Of a stretch of 64,000 nucleotides of DNA, positions 14,301 to 28,185 are shown in pieces. Each line of letters begins with the position of its first letter. The stretch's first letter is position 1. Location: assembly GCF_009914755.1 (NCBI RefSeq), contig NC_060937.1; one strand, given 5' to 3'. Source of the DNA: the human T2T-CHM13v2.0 reference genome, Homo sapiens. The translations under genes were made by a program, and so were the position numbers. The notes below the pieces were generated by a model. It was given only the letters and a program-made list of their open reading frames with translations. It was not told the DNA's origin and did no database searches.

Positions 14301-16445
14301 TTGTTCAATATCCATGTAACTGTATGACTTTGAGAGACCTTCTTTGTTTTGATTCTGTTTTTATTGTGCCATGGTCTGAGATTGTGGTTGGTATAATTTC
14401 AGTTTTTCTGAGTTTTTTTGGGAATTCCTTTATGCCTGAGCATGTTGTCTATTTTAGAGTATGTGCTATATGAGGATAAAAAAATGTATATTCTGTTTTG
14501 GTTGGGTGAAGTGTTCTGTAGTTCCATTTTGTCAAGGGTTGAATTTAGGTCACAAATATCTTCATTAGTTTTCTGCCTCAATGATCTTATACTGTCAGTG
14601 GAGTGTAATGTCTCTCACTCTTATTATGTGGACCATTTATGTCTCTTTACATTTGTCTAAGAACTTGTTTTTTGAACCTGGCTGTTCCCATGTTGGGTGC
14701 ATCTATATTTAGGATAGTTAAATTTTGTTGAACCAAACTCTTTATCATTGTGTAATGCTCTTCTTTGTCCTTTTTGATCATTGTTGGTTTAAAGTCTGTT
14801 TTGTCAGAAATAAAAATATCAGCCCTGCTCTTTTTTTGCTTTTCCTTTGCTTCATAAATTTTTCTTCATCCCTTTACTTACTTTGAGGGTATAGGTCTCA
14901 CTGAATGTGAGCTGGGTCTCTTGTAGACAGCATATAGTTGGGTCTTGCTTCTTTAACCAACTTGCTTCTCTGTGCCTTTTAAGTGGGAACATTAAGCCCA
15001 TTTACATTCAAGGTTAATATTGATATGTGGGATGTGATCCAATCATCATGTTGTTAGATGATTGTTATGTAGACCTGATTGTGTAGTTGCTTTATAATGT
15101 CAACGGTTTATGTATTAACTGTGTTGTTTTGGCAACTGGTAATTGTCTTTCTTTTCCATGTTTAGCACTCCCTTAAAGACCTCTTACAAGGCAGGTCTGG
15201 CGGTAACAAATTCCCTTAGCATTTGCTTGGGTGAAGGTGATTTTATTTCTCATTTGCTTACAAGCTTAATTTGGTTGAAGATGAAATTCTTCATTAGAAT
15301 TTCTTTTCTTTAAAGATGCTGAATATAGGCCCTCAATCTCTTGTGGCTTCTCAGGTTTATGCTGAAAGGCCCACTGTTAGCCTGATGGGGTTTCCTTTGC
15401 TGGTGACCACCCCTTCTCTCTAACTGCCTTTAATATTTGTTTTTCTTTTTCTTTGACTTTGGATAATCTGATGACTATGTGTCTTGGGGATGATTGTCTT
15501 ACATAGTATCTTGCAGGAATTCTCTGAATTTCCTAAATTTTAATGTTGACCTTTCTAGTGTGGTTGGGGAAGTTTTTATGGACAATATCCTCAAATGTGT
15601 TTTCCAAGTTGCTTGCTCTCTCTCCCTCTCTTTCCAGGATGTCAATGAGTTATAGGTTTTGTCCCTTTTTATAATCTCATAATCTATTTACAAAACTTGG
15701 AGATTTTGTTCATTCTTTTATGTTCTTTCTTCTTAATTTTCTCCTTCCTCTTCTTCTTCTTTGTCGTCATTGTTGTCTAAGTTGATTTGAAGAATTACTG
15801 TTTGAGTGCTGAGATTCTTTCTTTAGCTTGATATATTGTGCTGTTAACACTTTCAATTGTATTATAAAATTATTGTAGTGAGTTTTACAGCTCTATCAGG
15901 TCAGGTTGGTTGTTTCTTAAAGTTCCTATTTAATTGTTTAGCTCTTGTATCATTTTACTGGATTCCACAGATTTCTTGTATTGGCTTTCAACTTTTCTCT
16001 TGAATTTTCGTGATCTTCATTGCCATGTGGATTGTGAATTTTATGTCTGTCATTCCCGCAATTTTGGTCTGATTAAGAGCCATTGCTGGGGAGCTAGTGC
16101 AGTCATTTGGAGGTAAGAAGCTATTCTGGCTTTCAGGGTTGCCAGAGTTCTTGCATCGGATGTCTCTCATCTGTGTGGGTTGATATTGCTTTAATGTTTG
16201 AGGTTGCTGTCCTTTGGATGGGAATTTTCACTTTTATATTCTTTAAATCACTTGAGACTTTGACTGTGGTATAAATTGGGGTCAGACAACTGGCCTCATT
16301 TCTGGAAGTTTTCACGGAGCCAACACTCAGATCAGTACTCCTAGGCTGCATGCTCTAACACTGCTGGGGGCAGTGAGGGCAGTCAGGTAGGGCAAGGGCA
16401 GGGTTGAATTTGGGCCCAAGGCTTTCTTCTCTGGTTCCTCAAGAT
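11330..16445 (-). mobile_element. Near-full-length decayed L1PA13-16 (3'UTR, ORF2, ORF1, part of 5'UTR)
   Basis: 3' end ttcagggggatacacatgcaggtttgttacatgggtaaatt; ORF2 pieces [50 protein letters not shown]; ORF1 N-term KNSGNPESQNSFLPPNDCTSSPAM; many stops and frameshifts; 3'UTR deletion near 11530. Confidence 0.95.
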
Positions 16446-16559
16446 TAAGTGTATCCTGTGCTGGAATGGCTGAGCTATAAACAGACTTTGTTGTCATGGC
16501 AAATCTGTAAGAAATCTCAAGTTTCAAGTGTCTGGCCTATCCAGGCAAAGCCATGAGTC

Positions 16560-17040
16560 AAGCTCAGGAGAAACCTAGACATCAGCTCCAGATTTGGGTC
16601 TCATATGGACAGTTTACTTAAGGGGATGATTGTCTTACATAGTATTCTACGTGGATTATTTACAAATAGATTATTGCCCAAGAGGGTGAAAGTTTACATA
16701 AAAGAAGATCAAATACTGAATTAAAATAAATAGTCACAGTTTTCAGCAAGATAAAGGCAGAAGAAACAACTAAGACTAAAATAAGTCACATAGGCAAGGG
16801 CAGGGAGAGGTAGCTATCAACGTAAGGGAGGAGTTTAGACAAGGAATGGCTAACCACACAGACTGAGCAGTGATCAAATCCCTGAGGATAGTTTGAGTTC
16901 ACCAACTGAAAAGTCCTTGGCAATCTTAGAGAGCTCTAGATGATTTAGGCATAAACCAAACTTCAGTGGATGGAGAATTAATAGAAAATGCATAGAGATA
17001 CTGATTAAGAAACAATTGCTAAAACATGGAAGAAGAAAGA
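16560..17040 (-). mobile_element. L2 fragment
   Basis: agctcaggagaaacctagac..cagatttgggtctcat resembles antisense L2. Confidence 0.45.
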
Positions 17041-17055
17041 GAAAGGAAGAACTCA

Positions 17056-17460
<405 letters not shown>

Positions 17461-17837
17461 TCATGCTTATAATCAGATGCTGAGGCTGATTTTCAGCATA
17501 ATATTTTCTGTCCCTGCTAAGAAAAATACTATTTTTAAAGATGCCAAAGAGGCCCTGTTTGTTTGTTGAGTGCATGCTTTGATAATTAAATTGGGTATAT
17601 ATAATATTATTATTTATTAAAATATCCCAAATGAGTTTTTCTATACCATGATCTTTATAAATAGTGCTAACCATTTTCTTACTATGCACCACATGTAGTT
17701 GAACTCCTATCTCCTTGCCACCCATTTGCACCTTATTAAAATTAACCATACCTTAATTAACTGTGATGCCATCAATGTCAATAATTATTTCCAGCCCACC
17801 TACCATAATCTGTTTTATAGAGATACTATTGATATAT

Positions 17838-18375
17838 ACTATCTTGGCTCAGGCTCATTAGAAACATAGCCTGATGGAATATATATGTGCTAATGCTTAA
17901 TGTAATATGATTCCAGTGCAGCAAGAACTATGGAAAAGCACAGTGATGCATAAAGGACAAATTATAAACATGTTGTGTATTGCCAACTACTCACTGTTTC
18001 ATGAGGTAAGAAGAGACATGTCCCATTGCTTGGTCATGTGAGATGTCTTGGGCAATCTGTACCGAGAGTCCATGTCCCAGAATTGTCTATTGAAGAGATA
18101 AAAGGAAAAAGATTAATCTCCCAGTTCTCTCTTATCTGTTGTTTCCCACTGTTCATAATTTGCCTGACAGCCAACTCTCCACAACTTAAGAATTTTTTGT
18201 CCCCTGTTGGAAGTTGCTGGAGAAGCCAGATCAGACATGTTATATCATAGTGCTATATCTAATTATAAAATATATGTGAGAAGCTAAATTTTTTTAGTCA
18301 ATTTTTATTGGTTTAGCCCCAGGAACAATGGGTATTATGGAGAACATGCAAGAACCATATCAATAGAATCTGTGA
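17838..18375 (-). mobile_element. ERVL solo LTR (LTR33-like)
   Basis: tatcttggctcaggctcattagaaacatagcctga... follows the antisense LTR33 layout; diverged. Confidence 0.5.
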
Positions 18376-18599
18376 CAATCCCGTTATTATTAACAGATAA
18401 GACTTTGGTGGTTCTAGTGGCTTCAACAAGAACAATCATAACCAGATGCCTAAAAAGACAGACAAAATTGAGGTAATATGAGACAATGCTAATAATTTAT
18501 CTCTTAAAAAGTATTTTATGATATTTTTGATATGAATTAAAATAAATATCTTCAAAACTGAACCATAATCTTATGACTCATACAGGAGGATTCCCTCAC

Positions 18600-19005
18600 T
18601 ATGAATAAAAAAATTCAAAACAGAATATAACAAAATTTATGGATTTGGCAATAGCAATGCTTACAGGAAAATGTGTAGCTATATGTATACACCTACATTA
18701 AAAAGCCAAACCAGGAATAAAAGTGATTAGTTGCCAATTTTGATAAAATAAAAGTGATTCTTAAAGAACACTATCAATAATTACATACCAATAAATTATA
18801 TAACCTAGATGAAGCTGACAAATTATTAGAAAGACACACATGATTGAAACTGACTCAAAGAGAATGAGATAATGTGAATAGAACTATAAAAAGTAGAGAC
18901 TGAGTAGTTAAAAACATTCCACAAAAAGACCAACTGGCTTCACTGGTAAATTCTACCAAGCCTTCAAAGAAATAATACCACTCTTTCATAAACTGTTTTA
19001 GAAAT
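18600..19005 (+). mobile_element. L1M ORF2 fragment
   Basis: ataacctagatgaagctgacaaattattagaaagacac..ggcttcactggtaaattctacca are L1 ORF2 hallmarks. Confidence 0.8.
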
Positions 19006-19479
19006 CAATGATGTGCAGCCATTGATGGAAGTGTTCTGGAATTTGAAAATTAGATATCTTTCCTATTTTTAGGCAGGTGCTTATCTATTCTCTCTGTAAT
19101 CGTAGTGAAGAAAACTCAATGAGATACCATTTACACAGAAAAATAACTAACTTCATATGTAATTTTATATACTTATATAACTGAAATTGGCAATATGATA
19201 CCTATGTGGAATAGTATAGGACCGTATTTAAGCTTTTTAATACATTTTATTATCTTTTCTTTTGAAAACTCACTAAGTTGTAAAGCTGAGACATTTTGGT
19301 AACTACAAAATTGCTCAGCTTTCTTACACATCTAAGAATAATCAAAGATTGTGCCTTAAATTAATTTTAGTTTTGTTATATGTGAAGCACGCTGCTTTGC
19401 TACGATGTAGATAAATCTTCTGTGATACGGATTTAGCTGATTTATCTCTTCTGGGTGGGTTTTCTTTTATTTTCTTAAA

Positions 19480-19546
19480 TTTTTTCTTATCTTTTGTTTT
19501 TTTTTTCTTTTTGAGACAGAGTCTCATTCTGTTACCCAGCCTGGAG
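19480..19546 (-). mobile_element. Severely 5'-truncated Alu (tail plus ~35 nt)
   Basis: T-rich tract then tgagacagagtctcattctgttacccagcctggag, which stops abruptly. Confidence 0.8.
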
Positions 19547-19836
19547 ATCTTCTTTTCAATGACAATATAAAAAAATTATGAGATGGTATCCATCCGTGTA
19601 CCCTGATGATGATTCATAATGCTATGCTTTCCCTATGATTATCTCTTTTGATTTAGAGACAGATATAATGTTTTACTTACAAATTCTTAAATGACTACAA
19701 ATACAATTTATATAGCCCTTAACTTGACAAAATATACTTAAGCTAAAATATTGAGAGAAAAATTTGGAGTTATTAATGAAAAACACATTGTACTATGCCC
19801 TTATTGAACACTTTCTAAGGCATATGTATATATATA

Positions 19837-20138
19837 TTTTTTATTTTTTATTTTTTTTGAGACAGAGTCTCACTGTGTTGCCCAGGCTGGAGTGCAGTGC
19901 CACTATCTTGACTCGCTATAACCTCCAACCTCTGGTCAAGCGATTCTCGTGCCTCAGCTTCCCAAGTAATTGGGATTACAGGCATACACCACCACACCCA
20001 GCTAATTTTTGTATTTTTTAGTAGAGATCGGTTTCACTATGGTGACCAGTCTGGTCTCGAAGTCCTTACCTCAGGTGATCCACTCACCTTGGCCTCCCAA
20101 ATTGCTGAGATTACAGGCATGAGCCACTGCGCCCAGCC
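19837..20138 (-). mobile_element. AluSx-like element
   Basis: Antisense full dimer ending gagccactgcgcccagcc. Confidence 0.95.
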
Positions 20139-20864
20139 TAAGGTGATATATTTTTAAATGAATCCTGTTTAACGCATTTTATAGGAAGCAGCATTAGGTG
20201 TAAATGATCAACCTTTTCTGATGCACATTCTTATATTCAGATTTTATCCTAAAATCCACTACAAAATGATAGACTAATATCCCACTGTAATCATGATGAA
20301 TCCTACATACTTTAAAAATGTACAGGATACTATTCAATAAATTAAAATATCTTCTTTTAATTACACGTGCTTTTGTACAGGAAAAAACAACCAGAGTTTT
20401 GACAATGTCCACATATTTTTAAGTTACTTTATTTTCAATCCATAGTTAAAATTATTATTTTTCAACATTACCCTAAGCCAGATTTTAAACACACAAAGAA
20501 AAACATAAAAAAAGAAACAAAAATATTCCTCAGTCTGTCCTATTCCTGTGCTGTGGCTACGAACTGATGGCTCACTCTATTTCATAATCAATTTCCTATC
20601 ACAGTGTTTTGATTACTTATGTCTTAACCCATTATAGTTTATTGGAATATTAATGCAGTTTCAATAGCTATTTTTCATGATATGATAGCCTAAATATACG
20701 ATTCCACTTTCTGTTAGATGCTGTTTATCAAAACTTCCAAGCACAGTGATTATGGGCTTTCTATTCAAATAATTGATTATACCAATAAGCTAAAAATGCT
20801 AAGATTTGCTGACTTCACTCAAAACATGACAATAATAACTAACACATAGTTATAATAATAGTAA

Positions 20865-20955
20865 CAACTCTTGCTGTGAGGATTAAATGAGGAAACTTAT
20901 GTGCATTGCCTGAACTAAAATAAACAATAAATATTACTTATTAATTAATAGCTAT
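20865..20955 (+). mobile_element. MIR 3' fragment
   Basis: ttgctgtgaggattaaatgag..caataaatatta. Confidence 0.55.
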
Positions 20956-23089
20956 TAATAAAACATGTTACTACTCTCTGAATCTTTAGTTTTTAAGATT
21001 CATGTAGAAATTTTGTTGCACTTGGCTCATTTTTTTCCAAAGCTAGATATGACTAAACAATTTGATAATCAAAGTAGGAATAGAGCCAGCTTAAGTGCTT
21101 TCAATCCTAGACCTGATTGTCAGGTCCCTACACAGTGTAAGAAAAGATCAGTGAAAATTCAGGGAGAAGAAAAGGAGAAACCACATCTGTGTGCTCCATC
21201 TTTCACTATTTTGAAAGTGTTACCTCCTAGGAATAAATATAGTTTAAAACAAACTATGCTATGGATTTATATTAGGTTCTGAAATGTTCTGACTATTCCC
21301 CCATGGCCATATAGATGTAGAATAAGAAAGTGAATTGTCAGTGGTAATATTTGACTCTAATTGAATATTCCAAGATTGTTCTTTTCTAAACTTAGTTTTT
21401 GTGGTTAAGGGATAAAAGTGTCAGGTTGGCAAGTAATACCTTAGATTTAACATTTTACCCAGATTTCTCTCAGTCTTTTAGAAATCTTTAAATGAAACGA
21501 AACCTAATTGCCTAGAACCAAAGCCAAGGTCTGTTGGCACAATATAATAAGAAAATCCATACATGATTTCCAGTTGCTTTATTTTGAAGAAAAATTGTAT
21601 TTTCTTCTATCGTTTAGCTTTCTCCTACATAGTGTTACACCTTTACATACCTCTGAGTCTTATGCAAGGTTAATGTAGACTATAGGCTGTATTAAATAAT
21701 TAGAATGTATATAAATTTAGAGCTCAGCTTAGATCAATCTTACAAAATTATGCCATCCATATTTGTAGTGACAATCATAGAATTTAGTAGAATAAAATAT
21801 TTTAGTAATAATACATGTGTTGAAAATATTTGTAGGAATGCATATTTGTTTATAAAATGTCAGGAATTATTTTTCAAGTGTGTCGTGTAAAATAGGTGGC
21901 AAGTCTATTGGTAACTTTTCTCTCTTGGAAGGTTGTATTTGCTCAAATGACAGCCGACTTATTATATAATGGAAATACAGCCACCACTTACTGATCATAT
22001 TATTTATATGTTATGACAGTCATTTTGTTTCTTAGGAAATAAACTCTCCAAAATATTGAAAAAATATCCTGAATTCTCTCAACTCACTCTGAACATTATT
22101 TTGCACCTTTTGTAAAGGAGACATTATTTGCTTTAATAATTTTCTCTTAAATGTTGCTGATGAATTATTTCTCATTGTTTATTGCCTGTTAACATATAAC
22201 TCAATAGCATAAAAATTCTAAATATACTTAACTTTCAACCCAGGATACAGTATTGTATGTATCAACAACATATTCAGAGTGTCTCTTCACAATTTAACCT
22301 ATTTTTTATTTGGCACTGGTTCTATTAGTGCTTGAATTGTCTTTTCTTAATGTCTAGATGTAGTTGGCTATTAGGTTATGTTCACCTTCAGTAAAGTAAC
22401 TAAAATGCAAGCTATTTTCCTGAAGAGTTTGATTTTAGTGTGATCATGCAAACATAGTTCCTAATCTCAGCTTCATTAAGTCATTGTTATGACTATTAAA
22501 TATGCTCCATTTGGTAAAACAATGTACAAGACTCTAATTATATGGTTATTTCATTCATTTGTGATTTTACTGAATAGAACAGTATTATATAAATAATGAC
22601 TTTATTGATGTACTTCTCTGTGAGACTACATAAAATAGTAAGAAAACCTCATGATACAGCACTATTGTGACTGCTGCTTCAATTCCAGCATCATGGTTCT
22701 CAACTTAGGTTCAACTACATTGAGCTTTACTTGTCTATAAGTCATCAATTTAATTGGTGTTGTGTGACAGTTTCTTTAGAATTAAAAAGTGAACAAATAG
22801 ATATTTTTGAAGCATACATACTATAATATTTATTTTACACATTACAGATTAATATATTTTAAAATTTTATATAAAAAATCTATAAATACAAAAATAGCCT
22901 GATCTTTAAGAAAATTTAATGTGGAATTATTGCACTAAGTTTTTTTTGGCTTAGCATAGGTGTATTATTTAACCCAGTTAACCTCGATATCTATGAACAT
23001 TAAAGTTTATTTTAAAAGTAATGGTTAATTATAAACCATTTTCAGGAGAAAAATGAATGAACTTTATTAGCAGTGTAAATTTGTATTAT

Positions 23090-23878
23090 TTAATAATTTC
23101 CATTTTTATTACAGATTAAAGGGTACAAGTGCAGGTTTGATATATGGGTAATTTGTGTGACACTGAGGCTTGGAGTCCCAGTGATCCCATTATCTAGGCA
23201 GTAAGCACAGTGCCCAACAGGTGATTCTTCAGCCCACAACCCCTCTCCTTCCCTCCCCTGTCTAGTTGTCCTGTCTATTGTTCCAATCTTTGTGTTCATG
23301 CACATTCAATATTTAGTTCCCACTTATAAGTGAGAACATACACTATTTGGTTTTGTGTTCTTGCATTAGTTCACTTAAGATAATGGCCTCCAGCTGCATC
23401 CATGTTGCTGTGAAGGACATGACTTCAATCCTTTTTATGGCTGTCTAGTATTTCGTGGTGTATATGTACCCCATTGTCTTTATTCAGTCAACTGTTGATG
23501 GGCACATAGGTAGACTCCATGTCTTTGCTACTGTAAATAGTGCTGCAATGAACAAACGAGTGCATGTGTTTTTTTGATAGAATATTTTCCTTTGGGTATA
23601 TACCCAGCTGTGGGATTGCTATGTCAAATGGTAGTTCTACTTGAAGTTCTTTGTGAAATCTCCAAACTATTTTCTATAGTGGCTGAACTAATTTACATTC
23701 CCACCAACAGCCTCTCCAGCATCTGTTGCTTATTGGCTTTTTAACAGTTGCCATTATGACTGGTGTGAGAGGATATCTCATTGCATTTCTCTGATGATTA
23801 GCAATGTTGAGCATTTTTTCATATGTTTGTTGTTGATTTGTGCATCTTCTTTTGTGAAGTATCTGTTCATGTCATTTA
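23090..23878 (-). mobile_element. L1PA16-like 3' end
   Basis: gggtacaagtgcaggttt..cccacttataagtgagaacat..ggcctccagctgcatccatgttgct is antisense L1 3'UTR/ORF2 end. Confidence 0.9.
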
Positions 23879-23947
23879 TGAGAAAATATTTATATCTTTA
23901 TTGACAAATAAATACTTTTCTGAAAAATTATTTAAGCTCTTTCAATG

Positions 23948-24773
23948 GATACCATTATGAACATTTGTGATTTATGGGAAGGGGTCAAAATATCAACATT
24001 AACAAGAGTTTGAAAGAAGCTGATTCCAACCCTCATGGATGACTTTAAGGGTTTCGAGTCTTCAGTGGAGGAAGGGGCAGAGGAATGGATGAAATTACAA
24101 AAGAACTAGAGTTAGAAGTGAAGTCTGAAGAAGTGACTGCATTGCTGCAATCTCAATAAAGCTTAAATGGATGAGGATTTGCTTTTTATAGATAAGCAAA
24201 GAAAGTGGTTTCTTAAGATGGAATTTACTCTTGGTAAAGATGCTCTGAATACTGTTGAAACTACAACAAAGCATTTAGAATATTCCACAAACTTAATTAA
24301 TAAAACATTCCAGTGTTTGAGAGGATTTGACTCCAATTTTGAAAGAAGTTTTACTATGGGTAAAATGCTGTCAAACAGCATCACATGCTAAAGTTAAATC
24401 TTTTGTGAGAGTCAATTGGTGCATTAAACTTCAGTGTTGTCTGATTTTAAAAACTGTCACACCTACCCCAAATATCAGCAACCACCAATCAGTCAGCAGA
24501 CATCAATATCATAAAAGACCTTCCACCACACACACACACACAAAAATGACTGCCTGAAGTTTCAGAGGATTGTTAACATGTTTTAGCAATGAAGTGTTTT
24601 TAAATTAAAATATGTACTTTTTTGTAGACATATGCTATTGCACATTCAATAGGCTATAGTATCATATAACTTTTACATGCACTGGGAAGCCAAAAAAATT
24701 GTGACATTTTACTGTAATTATTTCTTTATGCAGTGGTGCAGAACCAATCCTGCAATATCTCTGAGGTATGCCA

Positions 24774-24774
<1 letters not shown>
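23948..24774 (+). mobile_element. Tigger1 DNA transposon, 3' part
   Basis: Transposase C-term remnant MDEDLLFIDKQRKWFLKME..DSNFERSFTMGKMLSNSITC; right TIR gcaatatctctgaggtatgcc. Confidence 0.93.

Positions 24775-24814
<40 letters not shown>
24775..24814 (+). repeat. (TG)20 microsatellite
   Basis: Perfect TG run directly after the Tigger1 TIR. Confidence 0.97.
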
Positions 24815-24818
<4 letters not shown>

Positions 24819-25559
24819 CATGCACATACATATATACACATTATCTTTTCATAATGACAAAAGATCCCTTAATTAATATAAATTTTGATTTTAAACTCAT
24901 ACCAGTACAGAAAAAAAATGAAATGCAATTAAAAATAATGTTGCTGATCACATCAAATATATATAAAATATAAATTAATATTTAAAATAAACATTTGTAT
25001 TAAATTAAACCCAACACATATTTTGTCTGCTTTTCATATTGTTTTCTTTTTTCTGCTTCCCAAGAGCTTAAACTCTTCATTTGGTAATCTGTGTTGGAGT
25101 AAGTAATCACCTCCCCATTTATGGGTATATAGCACATCATACATGTTGACACTGTCCATAAATTCTATATTTTTAAGTAAGCTAGAAATACTTAGAGGAA
25201 AAAGGACCCTCTCCCTTAACTAACCTGCATATGAGTGCTGTAGGAATTTGAGGAAAATAAAGAGCCAGGTTTAGAACTACAACCAAAGAAGACAGGGCAG
25301 ACCAAGGAATGAAAACCACACCTTGGTGACAATTTGTAGCTACTGGATTAAGTTCTGCCAAACACCAAAAAGTTATTGAGATTTTTCAATTATGAAAGTT
25401 AATAATATCAATTTTTTCATACACATAATTAAGTTGGGTCATCTAATAAGTAAAATATGATCTAATTGATATACTCTTGTCAAGGATGTAAATAAGACTA
25501 TTAGTGTCAATATTAATTGTTATAACTTCACTAGAAGACGTTCTCTAAAATTTTTCGAA

Positions 25560-25930
25560 AGTTCTCAGAAAATTACACAAACGTTTCAATTCTAGGATTT
25601 ATCTCAAAATTTAATTAGATATACATTCAAAATAATACGTACCCAGTTTATTTGTGATAATTTCATTTAAAGAAACAAGTGACTGATAATAGGGAATACG
25701 TTAAATATTTTTGCATCCTTGAAAAAAAGCACAGGTATCAAAAAATCATGTTGTATGCCCCTTTAGAACATGGAAACTGTCCACTGTATTTTATGTTAAA
25801 ATGTTGATTACAGTACACAATATAAATATTTTGAGTTATAATCACTAGTGATAAGAGTAACATTTATTTTATTTTGTGATTTTAATGTAGTTCATATATT
25901 TTCTAAAATAAATATGAATATTTCTCTTGT
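25560..25930 (+). mobile_element. Old L1ME-type 3' end
   Basis: aattctaggatttatc..aatagggaatacgttaaatatttt..aacatggaaa follow the L1ME 3' layout. Confidence 0.45.
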
Positions 25931-26144
25931 CATAAAATATTATATGTATATAATTTATATGTGAATATATATATATGAAGTCTGCTGATAATGTTAATTA
26001 AGAAGATTTTCCTTATTAAAATTTGGAAAAGCTATGGATGCATTTCATATTAAGATCTCAATATCTAACATGACAGTATATCAAACTATAGCTGTAGCAT
26101 CAGGCATAGGAGAGCTGGTGTAGCTGTTTCTCAGTTTTCAAATG

Positions 26145-26179
26145 AATAATAATAATAATAATATTAATAATAATAATAA
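26145..26179 (+). repeat. (AAT)n microsatellite
   Basis: aataataataataataatattaataataataataa. Confidence 0.9.
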
Positions 26180-27584
26180 AGCGTTATGCCTAAACCACAA
26201 TGTACAAAATTGTTGGACAGTTTTATTGTAATCTAGAATGGCAATGGTATCAAAAGGACTAATATTCTAGGGGGCATAAATGCCCTAATTTCTGGATAGT
26301 AAAGTAGAATAGTGAGATAGTTCAGTGGGTAATAGTGTGTAGATTCCAGAAAGTTTTCTCAGTTTATATTGCAGAATACTAGGAGGACAATGTAGCTCTT
26401 CATATAGTTGTTTAAGGTAAAACAATTGTTCAATATCTGAGGCCAATGTAATTCCAGGAAAAGCCACACTCTCTCTGGGAATTTAGTGTTAAAACTTATA
26501 AAAAATATATGGGATGGAAGACACCTGAGTAAATAAGATCATTCAAGAACAGCTGCCAACTAACTTGAACTGTGGACTAATTTTTATTTAATAATATACA
26601 TGATTTCCTGCCAGGTTCAACCTTCTTGATTCAGGCATTATATGTGGGTTACCTAGGTTGAATATGTAATTTATCTTACAAAGGAAAATACTTAGGCATG
26701 TGAAAGGGTGCTGATCAGACAAGAGGAGAACCTGCATAAATCAGGAAGGTTGCCAACACACTTGAAGGCTGTCACTGAAATGGTTAAGATGCCACAAGAT
26801 TTCTTGCAGTATTTATGTTTGTAATCAAAAGATATTGCTGCTCAATGAAAGACGAGGCCTTCTCCTAAAATATTTTGTGTGCTTCTTAGTCATGGGCACA
26901 GAAAAGTGTGAGTTGAATAAATATTTGCTAAATCAATTAAGAAATAAATTGCAGAATGAATAATCTTAATTTGTCTCTAAACTTTCTGTTTTCAAAATTA
27001 CTTTACAAAAATGCTTAAGGGAAACAAGAATTCCAAAGAAAGTATAACACTACAATTATAATTTAAAAGAAACTAGAGAAAAATGAGACAATGCTTTGCA
27101 ATTTACACTTACATTAATTAACATTACTGAAAGATTAGGTATTCCATTTTATTCACATAAATAAAAAATAATTTAAATTATTACTAATACTAACATGAAC
27201 TTAAAAAGGAAGGAATACTGATTTTAACATACTGTAATGTTTTGACATAAAATGTAGTGAAATTACTAATAATTTTCATCTTCATATTATATAAAAATAG
27301 AATTTTAAAATAATGTCATAACAGTTAATTCCTTTGAAATTAACTGTGAAATTAATCATAGTACTATCATTCTCATTAGTACCATACTTATTATAATTTA
27401 CAAATACTATCCCATATTTGTTGAATATTTTATTAATTGATGTGATATGCCTATATAACTTTGCCCATTATCATAGAGCAGAGTGAAATGATACATTATT
27501 TGACCACAGTCATTATGCAGCACATGACTGTAATCTAATATTTGAATGTGGAATTTTTAAATTTTCACTTGAAAATGAAAAATA

Positions 27585-28185
27585 TAGATTCCTTTTCCCT
27601 TTGGATATGTTCTATGGCAGTTCTATTTTTAGTTTTTTGAGGAACCTTGATACTGTTATCCATAGTGGGTGTATTAATTTACATTCCCATCCACAGTATA
27701 CGAGGCTTCCCTTTTTCACACATACTTGCCAGCATTTGTTATTGCCTGTCATTTGGATAAAAGCCATTTTAACTGGGGTGATATGATATTGCATTGTAGT
27801 TTTGATTTCCATTTCTCTGGCAATCAGTGATGTTGAGCACTTTTTCATAAATCTGGTTGCCATTCACATTTTTTCTTTTGGGAAATATCTATTCCGACCT
27901 TTCACACATTTTTATTTGGATTATTAGATAATTTTACTATAGAATTGAGCTCCTTGTATATTCTGATTATCAGATGGATAGCTTGCAAACATTTTTTTTT
28001 CTCTATTCTGTGGGCTGTGCCTCCAGTTTCTTGATGTTTCCTTTGCTGTGCAGAAGCTTTTTAACTTGATGTGATCCCGTTTGTCCATTTTTGGTTTGGT
28101 TGTCTATGCTTGGGAGGTATTACTCAAGAAATCTTGCCCAGACCAGTGTGCTGGAGAGGTTCCCCAATGTTTTATTTTAGTAGCA
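27585..28185 (-). mobile_element. L1MA1-3-like ORF2 3' fragment
   Basis: tggataaaagccattttaactggggtg..tgtagttttgattt; minus [33 protein letters not shown] is the L1 ORF2 C-terminus. Confidence 0.9.

Noticed and set aside
11330-16445. Active or domesticated L1
   Set aside because: Many stops and frameshifts, the RT FADD region is degenerate and the 5'UTR is incomplete
24167-24391. TIGD1-like gene
   Set aside because: Only a short frameshifted C-terminal Tigger1 transposase remnant
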